Positions 31,295 through 42,508 of a stretch of 64,000 nucleotides of DNA are shown piece by piece. Each line of letters begins with the position of its first letter. Position 1 is the first letter of the stretch. Position numbers and translations under genes: made by a program. The stretch covers positions 3,552,001 through 3,616,000 of the forward strand of contig OZ251997.1 in the NCBI GenBank assembly GCA_965247095.1, given 5' to 3'. This DNA comes from Candidatus Multivorans sp. GTDB lineage: Bacteria > Acidobacteriota > Thermoanaerobaculia > Multivoradales > Multivoraceae. A model generated the notes under the pieces. That model had not been told where the DNA came from, did no database searches, and was given only the letters and a program-made list of their open reading frames with translations.

Positions 31295-32454
31295 ACGGCG
31301 TCGCTGCAGTAAACCCGGTAGCGATCAATCCGCCTTAGGTGCCGCATGAAGTGGCTGGCTTCCTCGAGCGGCAGAAGCCGGCCGTCCGTCTGACGCACGG
31401 GCACCCGGCCGCGGCCGAGGCGGTGCGGGTCCTTGGCCGAGTTCGAGACTAGGAGACCTCTGCCGTAGCGCTCGCGCAGGGGTTCGAGGCGTCGTTCGAA
31501 CGCGGTCTTCTGCTCCGGCGCCAGGTGCTCATCGGTTTCGTGGGCGAGCCGGAAGTGGGCGCGGTCGGTGATGGCGCGCGCGTGCAGGCTGTCCGAACGC
31601 CGCATCCTGGACATCATCTCGCCGTCGTCGTCGGCCAGGAAGCGCTCGGGATCGCTGCTCCAGGCGATCCCCTGCTCGTGCAGCCACTCGTTCAGGTGGA
31701 GCTCCAGGGCCTTGCCGGTGACGTGGAAGTAGACCTGCGCGAACATGTAGTAGCGGGCCAGGATCAGGCTCTCGACCGCGTGCAGGCCCTCGGCGTCGAT
31801 GCCCAGGCGGTGTTCCCCGGTCGCGTCGTCGTAGAGGGGCCGCACCGTCGAGACCACCTGGTCGAGGTCGAAGTTGCCGTAGCGGACGCCGCAGAACAGC
31901 GAGTCGCGCAGCAGGTAGTCCATCTTGTCGACGTCGAGCTCGCCGCTGACGATGGGCGAGAGCAGGCGCTCCGGTCCGTCGAGACGGTCGCCGAGCAGCC
32001 GGATCACGTCGGAACTTTCGACGCCGTCGCCGAAGCGCTCGAAGACGCCGCTGATCTCGTCGCCGGCGAGCAGGCGCCGGCTCATCTCCTCGTGGTCGAT
32101 TCCGTCCTCGAACAGATCCTCGGCCCAGTGGCTGAACGGGGCGTGGCCGAGGTCGTGGAGCAGAGCGGCCGCCCGGACCAGGCGGCGGGCGCGTGCCCGC
32201 GAGCCGGGATCGAGCGGCATCTCCTCGGCACGCGCCAGGGTGTCGTAGACGCGCCCGGCGAGGTGCATCGTGCCGAGGGCGTGGCCGAAGCGGCTGTGCT
32301 CGGCGCCTGGGAATACCAGGTGGGTCAGGCCGAGTTGGCGAATCGAACGCAGGCGCTGCATCGGCCTGGTGCGGATCAGCGCCGCCTCCAGCTCGTCGGC
32401 TTCGATGAAGCCATGGATGGGATCGCGGAAGGCGAGTTTGGGAGGTGCGTTCAT
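31261..32454 (-). CDS. HD-superfamily phosphohydrolase (dNTPase/SAMHD1-like)
   Basis: RDPIHG, QRLRSIRQLG, HSRFGHALG, LLHDLGHAPFSH and DVDKMDYL.RDS. Confidence 0.9.
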   Translation of the reverse strand: MNAPPKLAFRDPIHGFIEADELEAALIRTRPMQRLRSIRQLGLTHLVFPGAEHSRFGHALGTMHLAGRVYDTLARAEEMPLDPGSRARARRLVRAAALLHDLGHAPFSHWAEDLFEDGIDHEEMSRRLLAGDEISGVFERFGDGVESSDVIRLLGDRLDGPERLLSPIVSGELDVDKMDYLLRDSLFCGVRYGNFDLDQVVSTVRPLYDDATGEHRLGIDAEGLHAVESLILARYYMFAQVYFHVTGKALELHLNEWLHEQGIAWSSDPERFLADDDGEMMSRMRRSDSLHARAITDRAHFRLAHETDEHLAPEQKTAFERRLEPLRERYGRGLLVSNSAKDPHRLGRGRVPVRQTDGRLLPLEEASHFMRHLRRIDRYRVYCSDAVYDEVRLALSS

Positions 32455-32501
32455 CGGGGCAGCCACGGGTTGTTACTCTACGGCTGGCTCCGGCCAATGC
32501 G

Positions 32502-33248
32502 ATGAAATACCACATGTCCAGCAGTAGCGCGCCGTGGCTGGGCGCACTGTTCGTGGCCCTGATCGCGGCGTCGACCCTCCCGGCCCAGTCGCCCGAAGCT
32601 CCGGCCGCCCCGCCCGATCCGACGGCCGAGGGCCTCGGTCTGCGCGAGAAGCTGGACCGGCTGGTGGAGCGGGTGAAGTACGAACAGAACCGGATCGAGA
32701 CCATTCAGGCGCGCCTGGTGCAGCACCTGACGAGCGAGCTGTTGCTCGAGCCGCAGGTGAGTCGGGGCTGGTTCCGCTACCGGCCGCCCGACGCGCTCCG
32801 ATGGGAGTTCGTCGAGCCGGAACCCCTGGTGATTGTTATGCATGGGGATGTGGCGACCACGTGGTATGTCGATCTCGGCACGGCGAAAGTGACCGATGTC
32901 GGCAGCCTCTCGGAACAGGTCCTCACCTATCTCGGCCCTGCCGGCAGCCTGGAAACGCTGATGAAGCGCTTCACGGTCCAGGTGGAGTTTCCCGAGCAGG
33001 AGGGGGCGCCCTACTTCCTGCACCTGACGGCGGACTACCGGCGGGTGGAGAAGTACGCGACGACGATCGATATCTGGGTCGACGCCGCGAGCTACCTGCC
33101 CCGGAGCTTCAAGGTCGTGCACGCCAGCGGCGACGAAAGGCTGATCGAACTCAAGGACATGGTGCTGAACGAGCCGATCGACGACGAAGTGTTCATCCTC
33201 TCGCTGCCGGACGACGTTGAGGTGACGAAGGTCGACCTCAAACGATAG
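32502..33248 (+). CDS. lolA: LolA-like outer-membrane lipoprotein carrier
   Basis: Signal peptide and GWFRYRPPDALRWEFVEPEPLVIV. Confidence 0.75.
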   Translation: MKYHMSSSSAPWLGALFVALIAASTLPAQSPEAPAAPPDPTAEGLGLREKLDRLVERVKYEQNRIETIQARLVQHLTSELLLEPQVSRGWFRYRPPDALRWEFVEPEPLVIVMHGDVATTWYVDLGTAKVTDVGSLSEQVLTYLGPAGSLETLMKRFTVQVEFPEQEGAPYFLHLTADYRRVEKYATTIDIWVDAASYLPRSFKVVHASGDERLIELKDMVLNEPIDDEVFILSLPDDVEVTKVDLKR

Positions 33249-33254
33249 AGCCGC

Positions 33255-34415
<1,161 letters not shown>

Positions 34416-34464
34416 GGTACGCCCTGCGGTGCGGGCTGCGCGAGGCCCGCCTGACCGCGCCATC

Positions 34465-34528
34465 CTAGGAGTCAAGTCGCGGCGTCCGCGCCGCGCTGAC
34501 GCACAGCAAAAGGCCTTGTTCCATGGAA
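34465..34528 (+). repeat. Dispersed ~62-bp repeat (inverted copy at 60163..60226)
   Basis: CTAGGAGTCAAGTCGCGGCGTCCGCGCCGCGCTGACGCACAG...CTTGTTCCATG matches the reverse complement of 60163..60226. Confidence 0.85.
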
Positions 34529-34849
34529 GCACCAGAGATGATTCCTGATTTCACACTGTTTGTGGCCGCGGGGATCCTCCCCTCGGGCCTCGTCCAGATC
34601 CTGCCGCTGATCCTGATCGGCGGCATCTTCTACTTCCTGCTCATCGCCCCGGAACGCCGCCGCCGGCAGCAACTGCGGAAGACGGTGGAGGCCCTGAAGC
34701 GGGGCGACCGCATCCTCACGCAGGGCGGCATCCACGGTGAGGTCGTGTCGACCGAGTCGAACACCGTGATCGTGAAGATCGCGGACGGCGTCAAGGTCAA
34801 GGTGACGAAGGCCGCGGTGAGCGGTCTGGCGGAAGAGCCCAAGGCATGA
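34523..34849 (+). CDS. yajC: Preprotein translocase subunit YajC
   Basis: IFYFLLIAPE and LKRGDRILTQGGIHG; lies between tgt and secD. Confidence 0.95.
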   Translation: MEAPEMIPDFTLFVAAGILPSGLVQILPLILIGGIFYFLLIAPERRRRQQLRKTVEALKRGDRILTQGGIHGEVVSTESNTVIVKIADGVKVKVTKAAVSGLAEEPKA

Positions 34850-36420
34850 ACAGGAACCTGCTCTGGCGGGGCCTGCTCGTGGTCGTCGTGGTCGGCGCTT
34901 GCGCCTTCTGGGCGTTTCCGCTCGGCGACTCGATCCATCTGGGTCTCGACCTGCGCGGCGGCATTCACCTCGTGCTCGAGGTGCTGACCGACGATGCGCT
35001 GCGGGCGGAAGCGCAGAAGGACATCGACAGCCTGATCCAGAAACTGGACGAGAAGGGCGCCTCCGGCGTCGCCGGCGCGACCGAATCGCCGGTCCGCTTC
35101 CGACTCACCGGCCTGCCGGCCGACCAGGACACCTTGCTCCCCGACATCCTCGAGCAGTCCATGCCGTACTGGACGTGGAGGCGCAGCGGCGAGGAGGTGA
35201 TCTTCGACCGCCGGGCCGACGAGGTGAACAACATCCGCGAGCAGGCGATCAACCAGGCCCTGCAGACGATCCGCAACCGCGTCGACGAGTTCGGCGTCGC
35301 TGAGCCGGTGATCCAGCGTCAGGGTCTGGGCAGCAACCGGCTGGTGGTCCAGCTTCCCGGCGTCGACGACCCGGAACGGGTGAAGAACCTGATCAAGAAC
35401 ACCGCCTTCCTCGAGTTCCGCCTCGCCGTGTATCCCCCGAACGGCGGCGCGGCTGTGGACACCCAGGAGATCCTGAGTCAGTACGCCGGCACGCTTCCCG
35501 ATCACCTCGAGATCCTGGCCCAGGACCAGCGGGACGACGACGGCAACGTGATCGGTCAGGGCTACTACGCGCTCGAGAAGCGCCCGGTGATCACGGGCCG
35601 CGATCTCAAGACGGCGCGCGCCGACCTCGGACAGTTCCAGGAGCCGGTGGTCAACTTCTCGCTCACCCACGAGGGCGCCCAGATCTTCGGGGACTGGACC
35701 GGCGCCAACATCGGCAGGCCCCTGGCGATCGTGCTCGACGGACGGGTGCAGTCGGCGCCGACCATCGAGGGCCGGATCTCGGACTCCGGGATCATCCGCG
35801 GGTCGTTCACCCAGCAGGAGGTCGAGGACCTGGCGATGGTGCTGCGTTCCGGCGCCCTGCCGGCGGGCATCGAGTACCTGGAGCAGCGGGCGGTCGGTCC
35901 GTCGCTGGGTCAGGACTCGATCGACCAGGGCGCCCGCGCCTTCATGTACGGCATCGCACTCGTGGTGCTGACGATGCTGGTCGTGTACCGCGGTTCGGGC
36001 ATCAACGCGATGGTGGCCCTGGCGCTCAACTTCGTGCTCGTGTTCGGTGTCCTGGCCTACTTCGGCGCCGCGCTCACTCTGCCCGGCATCGCGGGCCTGA
36101 TCCTGACCATCGGCATGGCGGTGGACGCCAACGTGCTGGTGTTCGAGCGGATCCGCGAGGAGTTGCACAACGGCCGCACGGTCAAGGCCTCGGTTGTCTC
36201 CGGCTTCGGCAAGGCGTGGTCGTCGATCCTCGACGCGAACCTGACCACCCTGATCGCGGCCATTTTCCTGATCAACTTCGGCACCGGCGCGATCCGCGGC
36301 TTCGCGGTGACGCTCACCGTCGGCATCCTGGCTTCGGTGTTCACGGCCGTCTTCAACAGCCGTCTCCTGTTCGACCTGGTCCTCTCGCGCTCGGGCCGCG
36401 TCGAGCGTTTGTCCATCTGA
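34846..36420 (+). CDS. secD: Protein translocase subunit SecD
   Basis: LGLDLRGG, RVDEFGVAEP, VGPSLG and GMAVDANVLVFERIREE. Confidence 0.97.
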   Translation: MNRNLLWRGLLVVVVVGACAFWAFPLGDSIHLGLDLRGGIHLVLEVLTDDALRAEAQKDIDSLIQKLDEKGASGVAGATESPVRFRLTGLPADQDTLLPDILEQSMPYWTWRRSGEEVIFDRRADEVNNIREQAINQALQTIRNRVDEFGVAEPVIQRQGLGSNRLVVQLPGVDDPERVKNLIKNTAFLEFRLAVYPPNGGAAVDTQEILSQYAGTLPDHLEILAQDQRDDDGNVIGQGYYALEKRPVITGRDLKTARADLGQFQEPVVNFSLTHEGAQIFGDWTGANIGRPLAIVLDGRVQSAPTIEGRISDSGIIRGSFTQQEVEDLAMVLRSGALPAGIEYLEQRAVGPSLGQDSIDQGARAFMYGIALVVLTMLVVYRGSGINAMVALALNFVLVFGVLAYFGAALTLPGIAGLILTIGMAVDANVLVFERIREELHNGRTVKASVVSGFGKAWSSILDANLTTLIAAIFLINFGTGAIRGFAVTLTVGILASVFTAVFNSRLLFDLVLSRSGRVERLSI

Positions 36421-36424
36421 GGTG

Positions 36425-36527
36425 GCCGCCAAACCTGTCGCAGGCGCCTTGTTTGGCCCCAGCCCCTAAACCTCACCACAAGTTTGCGCCCCAGAACTCA
36501 CTGCGTTACGTTCTGCGGCGCAAGCTC
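36425..36527 (+). repeat. Dispersed ~100-bp structured repeat (copy at 59965..60066)
   Basis: Shared TGTTTGGCCCCAGCCCC..ACCTCACCA and a hairpin TTGCGCC.CAGAAC...TTCTGC..CGCAAGCT. Confidence 0.75.
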
Positions 36528-36544
36528 ATAGTAGGAATCCGTCG

Positions 36545-37720
36545 ATGGAGTTTTTCCGCAATACCAGTTTCGATTTCATGCGCATGCGGCGCGTGTGCAT
36601 GGGGCTATCCGCGGTCGTGGTGATCGCGTCGGTGGGCTTCATCTTCAGCCGCCAGTTGAACCTCGGCATCGACTTCGCCGGCGGCACGCAGATGATCGTG
36701 CAGTTCGCCGAGCCGCCGGATGTCCAGGAGCTGCGCGGGCTGTTGGAAGACGCGGGGATCGAGAACGCGTCGATCCAGTCGTTCGGCACCGAGGAGGACA
36801 ACTCGGTCATCCTCAGGACCCCGACCGCGGAGGAAGGCGGGGAAGAAAGCGCCGTCCGGATCGAGGAGATGCTGCGGCAGCGCTACAACGGCGGGGTTTC
36901 GGGCTTCGACCTGAACCGGCAGGGAACCGAGGCGCTGGCCTCGCTGCTGCTCGAGGCCGATCCGGACGACCAGCGCGCCTCGGGCGACGACATCGCGGCC
37001 CGGGAGCACTATCGCGAGGCATCGACCGAGGTGATGGCGCACCGGCGGAGCGAGGGCCTGATCCGCGACTGGGCCGAAATCGAGCCGAGCGAGGCACTGA
37101 GCGCCGCCGCCGTCGCGGCGATCCAGGAACGCGCGACCATCGGCAACTTCGCGGTGCTGTCGAGCGACAACGTTCAGCCCCAGATCGGCAGCGAGCTGCG
37201 GCGCAAGGGCTTGCTGGCGATCAGCTTCTCCCTTGCCGGCATTCTGGCCTACATCTGGTTCCGGTTCGAGCTGCGCTTCGGTATCGGCGCCTTAGTGGCG
37301 CTCGCGCACGATGTCGCCGTCTGCCTGGGCCTGTTCGCGTTTGCCGGGTATGAGTTCAACCTGACCACGGTAGCGGCGTTCCTGACCGTGATCGGCTACT
37401 CGGTGAACGACTCCGTGGTCGTCTTCGATCGGGTGCGCGAGAACCTGCGCCGCAACCGCCGCGAGAGCCTGGTGGAGGTGCTGAACCGGAGTCTGAACCA
37501 GACCCTGTCCCGCACCGTCCTGACCTCAGGCACCACCCTGCTGGCGGTCGGCAGCCTCTTCATCCTCGGTGGCGATGTGATTCGCGGCTTCTCCTTCCTG
37601 CTCCTCATCGGCGTGGTCGTCGGCACCTATTCGTCGATCTACGTCGCCAGCCCGATCGTGCTTCTCTGGGAGGGTTCGTTCGGCCGCGAGCGACGGCAGA
37701 AGAAGGCGGCCGCCGCCTAA
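36545..37720 (+). CDS. secF: Protein translocase subunit SecF
   Basis: NLGIDFAGG, IGYSVNDSVVVFDRVRE and GTYSSIYVA. Confidence 0.96.
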   Translation: MEFFRNTSFDFMRMRRVCMGLSAVVVIASVGFIFSRQLNLGIDFAGGTQMIVQFAEPPDVQELRGLLEDAGIENASIQSFGTEEDNSVILRTPTAEEGGEESAVRIEEMLRQRYNGGVSGFDLNRQGTEALASLLLEADPDDQRASGDDIAAREHYREASTEVMAHRRSEGLIRDWAEIEPSEALSAAAVAAIQERATIGNFAVLSSDNVQPQIGSELRRKGLLAISFSLAGILAYIWFRFELRFGIGALVALAHDVAVCLGLFAFAGYEFNLTTVAAFLTVIGYSVNDSVVVFDRVRENLRRNRRESLVEVLNRSLNQTLSRTVLTSGTTLLAVGSLFILGGDVIRGFSFLLLIGVVVGTYSSIYVASPIVLLWEGSFGRERRQKKAAAA

Positions 37721-37730
37721 GGGAGAGGCG

Positions 37731-39959
37731 ATGGCTGCCGTGACACGACCCCGGGATCCGCTGCCGGTGCGGGATCCGGGGGACGTGGGGGTCGACGATG
37801 TCCTGAGCCGCCTGCAGGAGAACGATCGCGCCTGCGACGAAGCGTGGCTGTGTCGGGCCTACGAGTATGCCGAGCGGTCGCACCGCGGGCAGGTCAGGCG
37901 TTCGGGAGACCCGTACATCAGCCATCCCCTCGGCGTCGCCCACATGCTGGCGGAGCTCAAGTTCGACCAGACCAGCGTCGCCGTCGGCCTGCTGCACGAC
38001 GTCCTGGAGGACACCGGCGCAACGAAGAAGGACCTCGCGGCCGAGTTCGGAGACGAGATCGCCGACCTGGTGGACGGCGTGTCGAAGATCGGCCGCCACG
38101 AGTACGTCCGCAGCGACGAGGTGCAGGCCGAGAGCTTCCGCAAGCTGATCCTGGCCTCGGCCCGCGACCTGCGGGTGATCGTGGTCAAGTTGGTTGACCG
38201 CCTGCACAACATGCTCACCCTGGAGCATCTCGAGCCGGGGAAGCAGCGGCGCATCTCGCGCGAGACGCTGGAGATCTACGCGCCGCTTGCCCACCGGTTG
38301 GGGATGTCCCGGATTCAGCGGGTGCTGGAGGATCGGGCGTTCCGGCACCTGCATCCGCACCGCTACGAGGACATCCGCAAACAGCTCGACGAGCGGATCA
38401 AGGGGGCCCGGAGCACGACCCGGCGAGTTGCCGAGCGTCTGCGGCAGGTGCTTGAGGGAGCGGAAATCGAGGCCGAGATCAGTCACCGGGTCAAGGGCTA
38501 CTACTCGATCTACCAGAAGCTCCGTCGCCGGCAGATCGATCTACCGGACCTGTTCGACTTCGTGGCCTTCCGGATCATCACGGTCGACGTGAAGAACACC
38601 TACGCCGCGCTCGGCGTCGTGCACCAGATCTGGCGTCCCATTCCGGGCCGCTTCAAGGACTACATCGCGATGCCGAAGCCGAACCTGTACCAGTCGCTGC
38701 ACACGACGGTGCTGGGCCGCGGCGGGCAGCCGTTCGAGGTCCAGATCCGGACCCAGGCGATGGACCTGCTCGCCGAAGAGGGCGTGGCGGCGCACTGGCG
38801 GTACAAGGGAGGTCAGCTCGACACCGACCAGAAAGACGTCAGCATCGTGTGGCTGCGCCAGCTCCTCGAGTGGCAGCAGGAGGTGCCGGACCCGCGCACC
38901 TTCCTGAGCGCGCTCAAGATCGACCTGTATCCCGACGAGGTCTACGTCTTCACGCCCAAGGGCGACGTGCTCTCGCTTCCCCGCGGCGCGTCACCGCTCG
39001 ACTTCGCGTATCGCGTTCACACCGAACTCGGCCATCACACGAGCGGCGCGCGGGTGAACGGACGGCTGGTGCCGCTGCGCACCGAACTGAACAACGGCGA
39101 CATCGTCGAAATCAAGACGAACCCGAACCGCGAACCCAGCCGCGACTGGCTGAACATCGTCGCCACGCCGCGGGCGCGGAGCAAGATCCGTCATTGGATC
39201 AACGCCGAGCAGAAGAAGCGGGCCATCGAGATCGGCCGCACGATGCTGACCAGTGAACTGCGCCGCTACCGGGTGAGCCCGCGCCGCATGTTCGACTCGA
39301 AGGAGATGGCGGACTTCCTGGCCGCCGAGGGCTACGGGAGCGTCGACGAGTTGTGCAGCCGGCTGGGCTTCGGCCGCGGTTCGGTCAAGCCGGTGCTGCG
39401 TGCGCTCCTGCCGCCGGAGCGTCTGCGTCGCCGGGACCAGGAACCGAGCCGCCTGCGCCAGGCCGTGAGCAAGGTGTTGCCCCGCGACCAGGCGAGGCTG
39501 GTGGTCAAGGGCGAGAACGACATGCTCGCGTTCTTCGCCGGCTGCTGCAGCCCGTTGCCGGGCGAGGACATCATGGGTTTCGTGACCCGCGGCCGGGGCG
39601 TCTCCGTCCACTCGGTGGACTGTCCGAACGTGCGCAACCTGCTGTACCACCCCGAACGGGAGATCCAGGTCGAGTGGGCGCGCCGGCACGACGCGATGTT
39701 CGCGGTCACCCTGGTCATCGAGACCCGCGACCGGCCGGGCGTGCTCGCGCGCGTCACCGAGGCGATCGCCAAGCAAGGCAGCAACATCCGCCACATCGAG
39801 AGCCGCAGCCGCGGTCACGGCGAGGCGGCGATCGACGTCGTGGTCGACGTCCGGAACCGGAAGCACCTGAACCGGCTGCAGGAGTCACTGGAAGAGCTGT
39901 CCGCGGTACGCACGGTCAAGCGCCGGCAGGGATCGCCGCCGGCATCGGCTACCGGCTAG
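37731..39959 (+). CDS. rel: Bifunctional (p)ppGpp synthetase/hydrolase (long RSH)
   Basis: Intact HD motif (LLHDVLEDT), KDYIAMPKPNLYQSLHT, FEVQIRT, then TGS, CC and ACT domains. Confidence 0.96.
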   Translation: MAAVTRPRDPLPVRDPGDVGVDDVLSRLQENDRACDEAWLCRAYEYAERSHRGQVRRSGDPYISHPLGVAHMLAELKFDQTSVAVGLLHDVLEDTGATKKDLAAEFGDEIADLVDGVSKIGRHEYVRSDEVQAESFRKLILASARDLRVIVVKLVDRLHNMLTLEHLEPGKQRRISRETLEIYAPLAHRLGMSRIQRVLEDRAFRHLHPHRYEDIRKQLDERIKGARSTTRRVAERLRQVLEGAEIEAEISHRVKGYYSIYQKLRRRQIDLPDLFDFVAFRIITVDVKNTYAALGVVHQIWRPIPGRFKDYIAMPKPNLYQSLHTTVLGRGGQPFEVQIRTQAMDLLAEEGVAAHWRYKGGQLDTDQKDVSIVWLRQLLEWQQEVPDPRTFLSALKIDLYPDEVYVFTPKGDVLSLPRGASPLDFAYRVHTELGHHTSGARVNGRLVPLRTELNNGDIVEIKTNPNREPSRDWLNIVATPRARSKIRHWINAEQKKRAIEIGRTMLTSELRRYRVSPRRMFDSKEMADFLAAEGYGSVDELCSRLGFGRGSVKPVLRALLPPERLRRRDQEPSRLRQAVSKVLPRDQARLVVKGENDMLAFFAGCCSPLPGEDIMGFVTRGRGVSVHSVDCPNVRNLLYHPEREIQVEWARRHDAMFAVTLVIETRDRPGVLARVTEAIAKQGSNIRHIESRSRGHGEAAIDVVVDVRNRKHLNRLQESLEELSAVRTVKRRQGSPPASATG

Positions 39960-40081
39960 GGGGCTGCGCAGCGGGCTGGCGGTCGTCGGAGTCCTGGGGG
40001 GAGGCCCGCTAGACGGAGTCGACCGGGGGTCCGTAGACAATGTTTGAGGGCCCCGCTCACGAACTCATGGAGGGGAAGAAC

Positions 40082-40750
40082 ATGATTGTGACCCGTCGAG
40101 TACATCTTGTCGTTGTGGCGACCGCCTGCACGGCGCTGGTCGGCTTCGGCTTCGAGCCTGCTGCTCTGGCTGAAGGCCCGGCAGCCGGGTCCGTGACGGT
40201 CCAGGCGACGCCGAGCAGCGTCCCCGAGAGCGGCGGCGAAATCGAACTGCTCGCTATCGTCCGCGACGACCGCGGGCGGCCGCTTGAGAACGCGAAGGTG
40301 AACTTCCTCGCCACGACCGGCACGCTGGTATCGGGTGGACGGTTGGTTGTAACCGGAGGGAGCGGAGGCGCCACCGACCGGCTAACGCTGACCGCCGCCG
40401 AACTGGCCGCGGTGGGGGAGGAGAGCTTCCAACTGGCGGTGGCCGTCGGCTCCGACGGCGTGGCTCTGCGGACGGCGAACGCTGGCGTCCGAATCCAGAG
40501 AGCGCCGCAGGCAGGCTTCAGACACGATGCCGGGGGGTTGGTGGTGGCCTTCGACGATGTCTCCGCAGGCCGGGTCACGGACAGACAGTGGGACTTCGGC
40601 GACGGCGCCACGAGCACCCGCCAGAGCCCGGCTCACACCTTCACTGAGCCGGGGTTCTACGCGGTCACACTGCGCAGCGCGAACTCGGTGGGATCGGACG
40701 AGGTGACCAGATTGGTCTGGGTTGGACGCATGCGGGGCGCTGACGAGTAG
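40082..40750 (+). CDS. Exported Ig-like (Big) plus PKD domain protein
   Basis: Signal peptide, VRDDRGRPLENAKVNF and WDFGDG; paralogous to the next gene. Confidence 0.8.
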   Translation: MIVTRRVHLVVVATACTALVGFGFEPAALAEGPAAGSVTVQATPSSVPESGGEIELLAIVRDDRGRPLENAKVNFLATTGTLVSGGRLVVTGGSGGATDRLTLTAAELAAVGEESFQLAVAVGSDGVALRTANAGVRIQRAPQAGFRHDAGGLVVAFDDVSAGRVTDRQWDFGDGATSTRQSPAHTFTEPGFYAVTLRSANSVGSDEVTRLVWVGRMRGADE

Positions 40751-40787
40751 ACGCTCTCCTGACTGCGTTCGTATACTGATTCGAGAG

Positions 40788-41720
40788 ATGGACACCCGGC
40801 GCCGATTCCTGCCTGCCGCGATCGCCGCCAGCTTGTGTCTGGCGCTGTTCGCGGCTTGTGACCAGACGAATCCGGTGGCCCCCTCGGGCACGCTGATCAC
40901 GATCAGCGCGAATCCCGACCGCATCCCGTCGGACGGCAGTGCCGAAATCCGGGTCGTGGCGCTGCGGCCGAATGGCACGCCGGTCAGTTCCGGCACCCTG
41001 ATTCGGCTTGCGACCACGCTGGGTTCGATTCCGCCCAGTGTTCCCGTCGACGATCGGGGCGAGGCGCTGGCGATGCTTGAGGCCAAGGGCCAGTTCGGCG
41101 TTGCCACGATCTCCGCCAGCACCGGCGGCTCGGAGACGGCGACGGTCGATGTTCAGGTCGGTCTCTCGCCGGCGTCCGTGACCGTGCAGGTGACGCCGAA
41201 CAGCGTGCCCGAGACGGGCGGGGAGGCCGATCTGCTGGCGATCGTTCGCGACGACCGGGGCCAGCCGCTTGAGAACGCGCAGGTCAACTTCCGCACCGAG
41301 ATCGGTACGCTCGAATCGGGCGGGGGATTGATCACCACCGGCGCCGACGGCACGGCGTCGGACCGCCTGCTCGTCAGCTCGGGCGATCTCGACACCGTGA
41401 CGGGCGACACCTTCCAGGTCGGCGTCGATGTCGGCAGCGGCGGCGGCCAGTTGGTGACGACGAACGTGAGCGTCAGCATTCAGCGGCTGCCGCGGGCCGA
41501 CTTCACCTTCAGCACCCGCAATCTGCTGGTCGCGTTCGAGGACACGACCGACGGCCGCACGACGAGTTGGCTGTGGATCTTCGGCGACGACAACACGAGC
41601 ACGCGGCAGAACCCGACCCATACCTATGCCGCGACGGGCACCTACGCGGTCACCTTCCGGGCCACCAACTCGCTCGGCTCCGACGAGGTGACGAAGTTCG
41701 TCCAGGTCACGGGTCAGTAG
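40788..41720 (+). CDS. Lipoprotein with two Ig-like (invasin-type) domains and a PKD domain
   Basis: Lipobox FAAC and WIFGDD..NPTHTY...GTYAVT. Confidence 0.83.
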   Translation: MDTRRRFLPAAIAASLCLALFAACDQTNPVAPSGTLITISANPDRIPSDGSAEIRVVALRPNGTPVSSGTLIRLATTLGSIPPSVPVDDRGEALAMLEAKGQFGVATISASTGGSETATVDVQVGLSPASVTVQVTPNSVPETGGEADLLAIVRDDRGQPLENAQVNFRTEIGTLESGGGLITTGADGTASDRLLVSSGDLDTVTGDTFQVGVDVGSGGGQLVTTNVSVSIQRLPRADFTFSTRNLLVAFEDTTDGRTTSWLWIFGDDNTSTRQNPTHTYAATGTYAVTFRATNSLGSDEVTKFVQVTGQ

Positions 41721-41732
41721 CCGCGGCCCGCC

Positions 41733-41927
41733 ATGGCAGCCGAAGGGAGCCCAGTGGCTGCTCACCCGCCGACGCCGACGGTCACGCTGGGCGAGTTGTA
41801 CCTGGCCCAGGGACACCGGCGCGAGGCCGCTGAGATCTTCGAACAGGTCTTAAGGGCCGACCCGGGCAACCGCCGGGCGCGCGAGGGGCTGGAAAGCCTG
41901 CGCGGGAAGCGTGCCGCGGGTCTGTAG
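41733..41927 (+). CDS. Small single-TPR protein
   Basis: TVTLGELYLAQGHRREAAEIFEQVLRADPGN. Confidence 0.65.
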   Translation: MAAEGSPVAAHPPTPTVTLGELYLAQGHRREAAEIFEQVLRADPGNRRAREGLESLRGKRAAGL

Positions 41928-42030
41928 CCGCGGGCAACTACGCCGCGGAGCGGCGACCGATACACTCCGCCGCGGTGATGCGGCTCTCGTAGCCGCGCGT
42001 CTCGTAGGACGCAGAGAGTTGGAGGAGTAC

Positions 42031-42504
<474 letters not shown>

Positions 42505-42508
42505 CAGC

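Noticed and set aside
31261-32454. HD protein as an antiviral dNTPase
   Set aside because: Host-like codon usage and housekeeping context; nothing supports a defence role.
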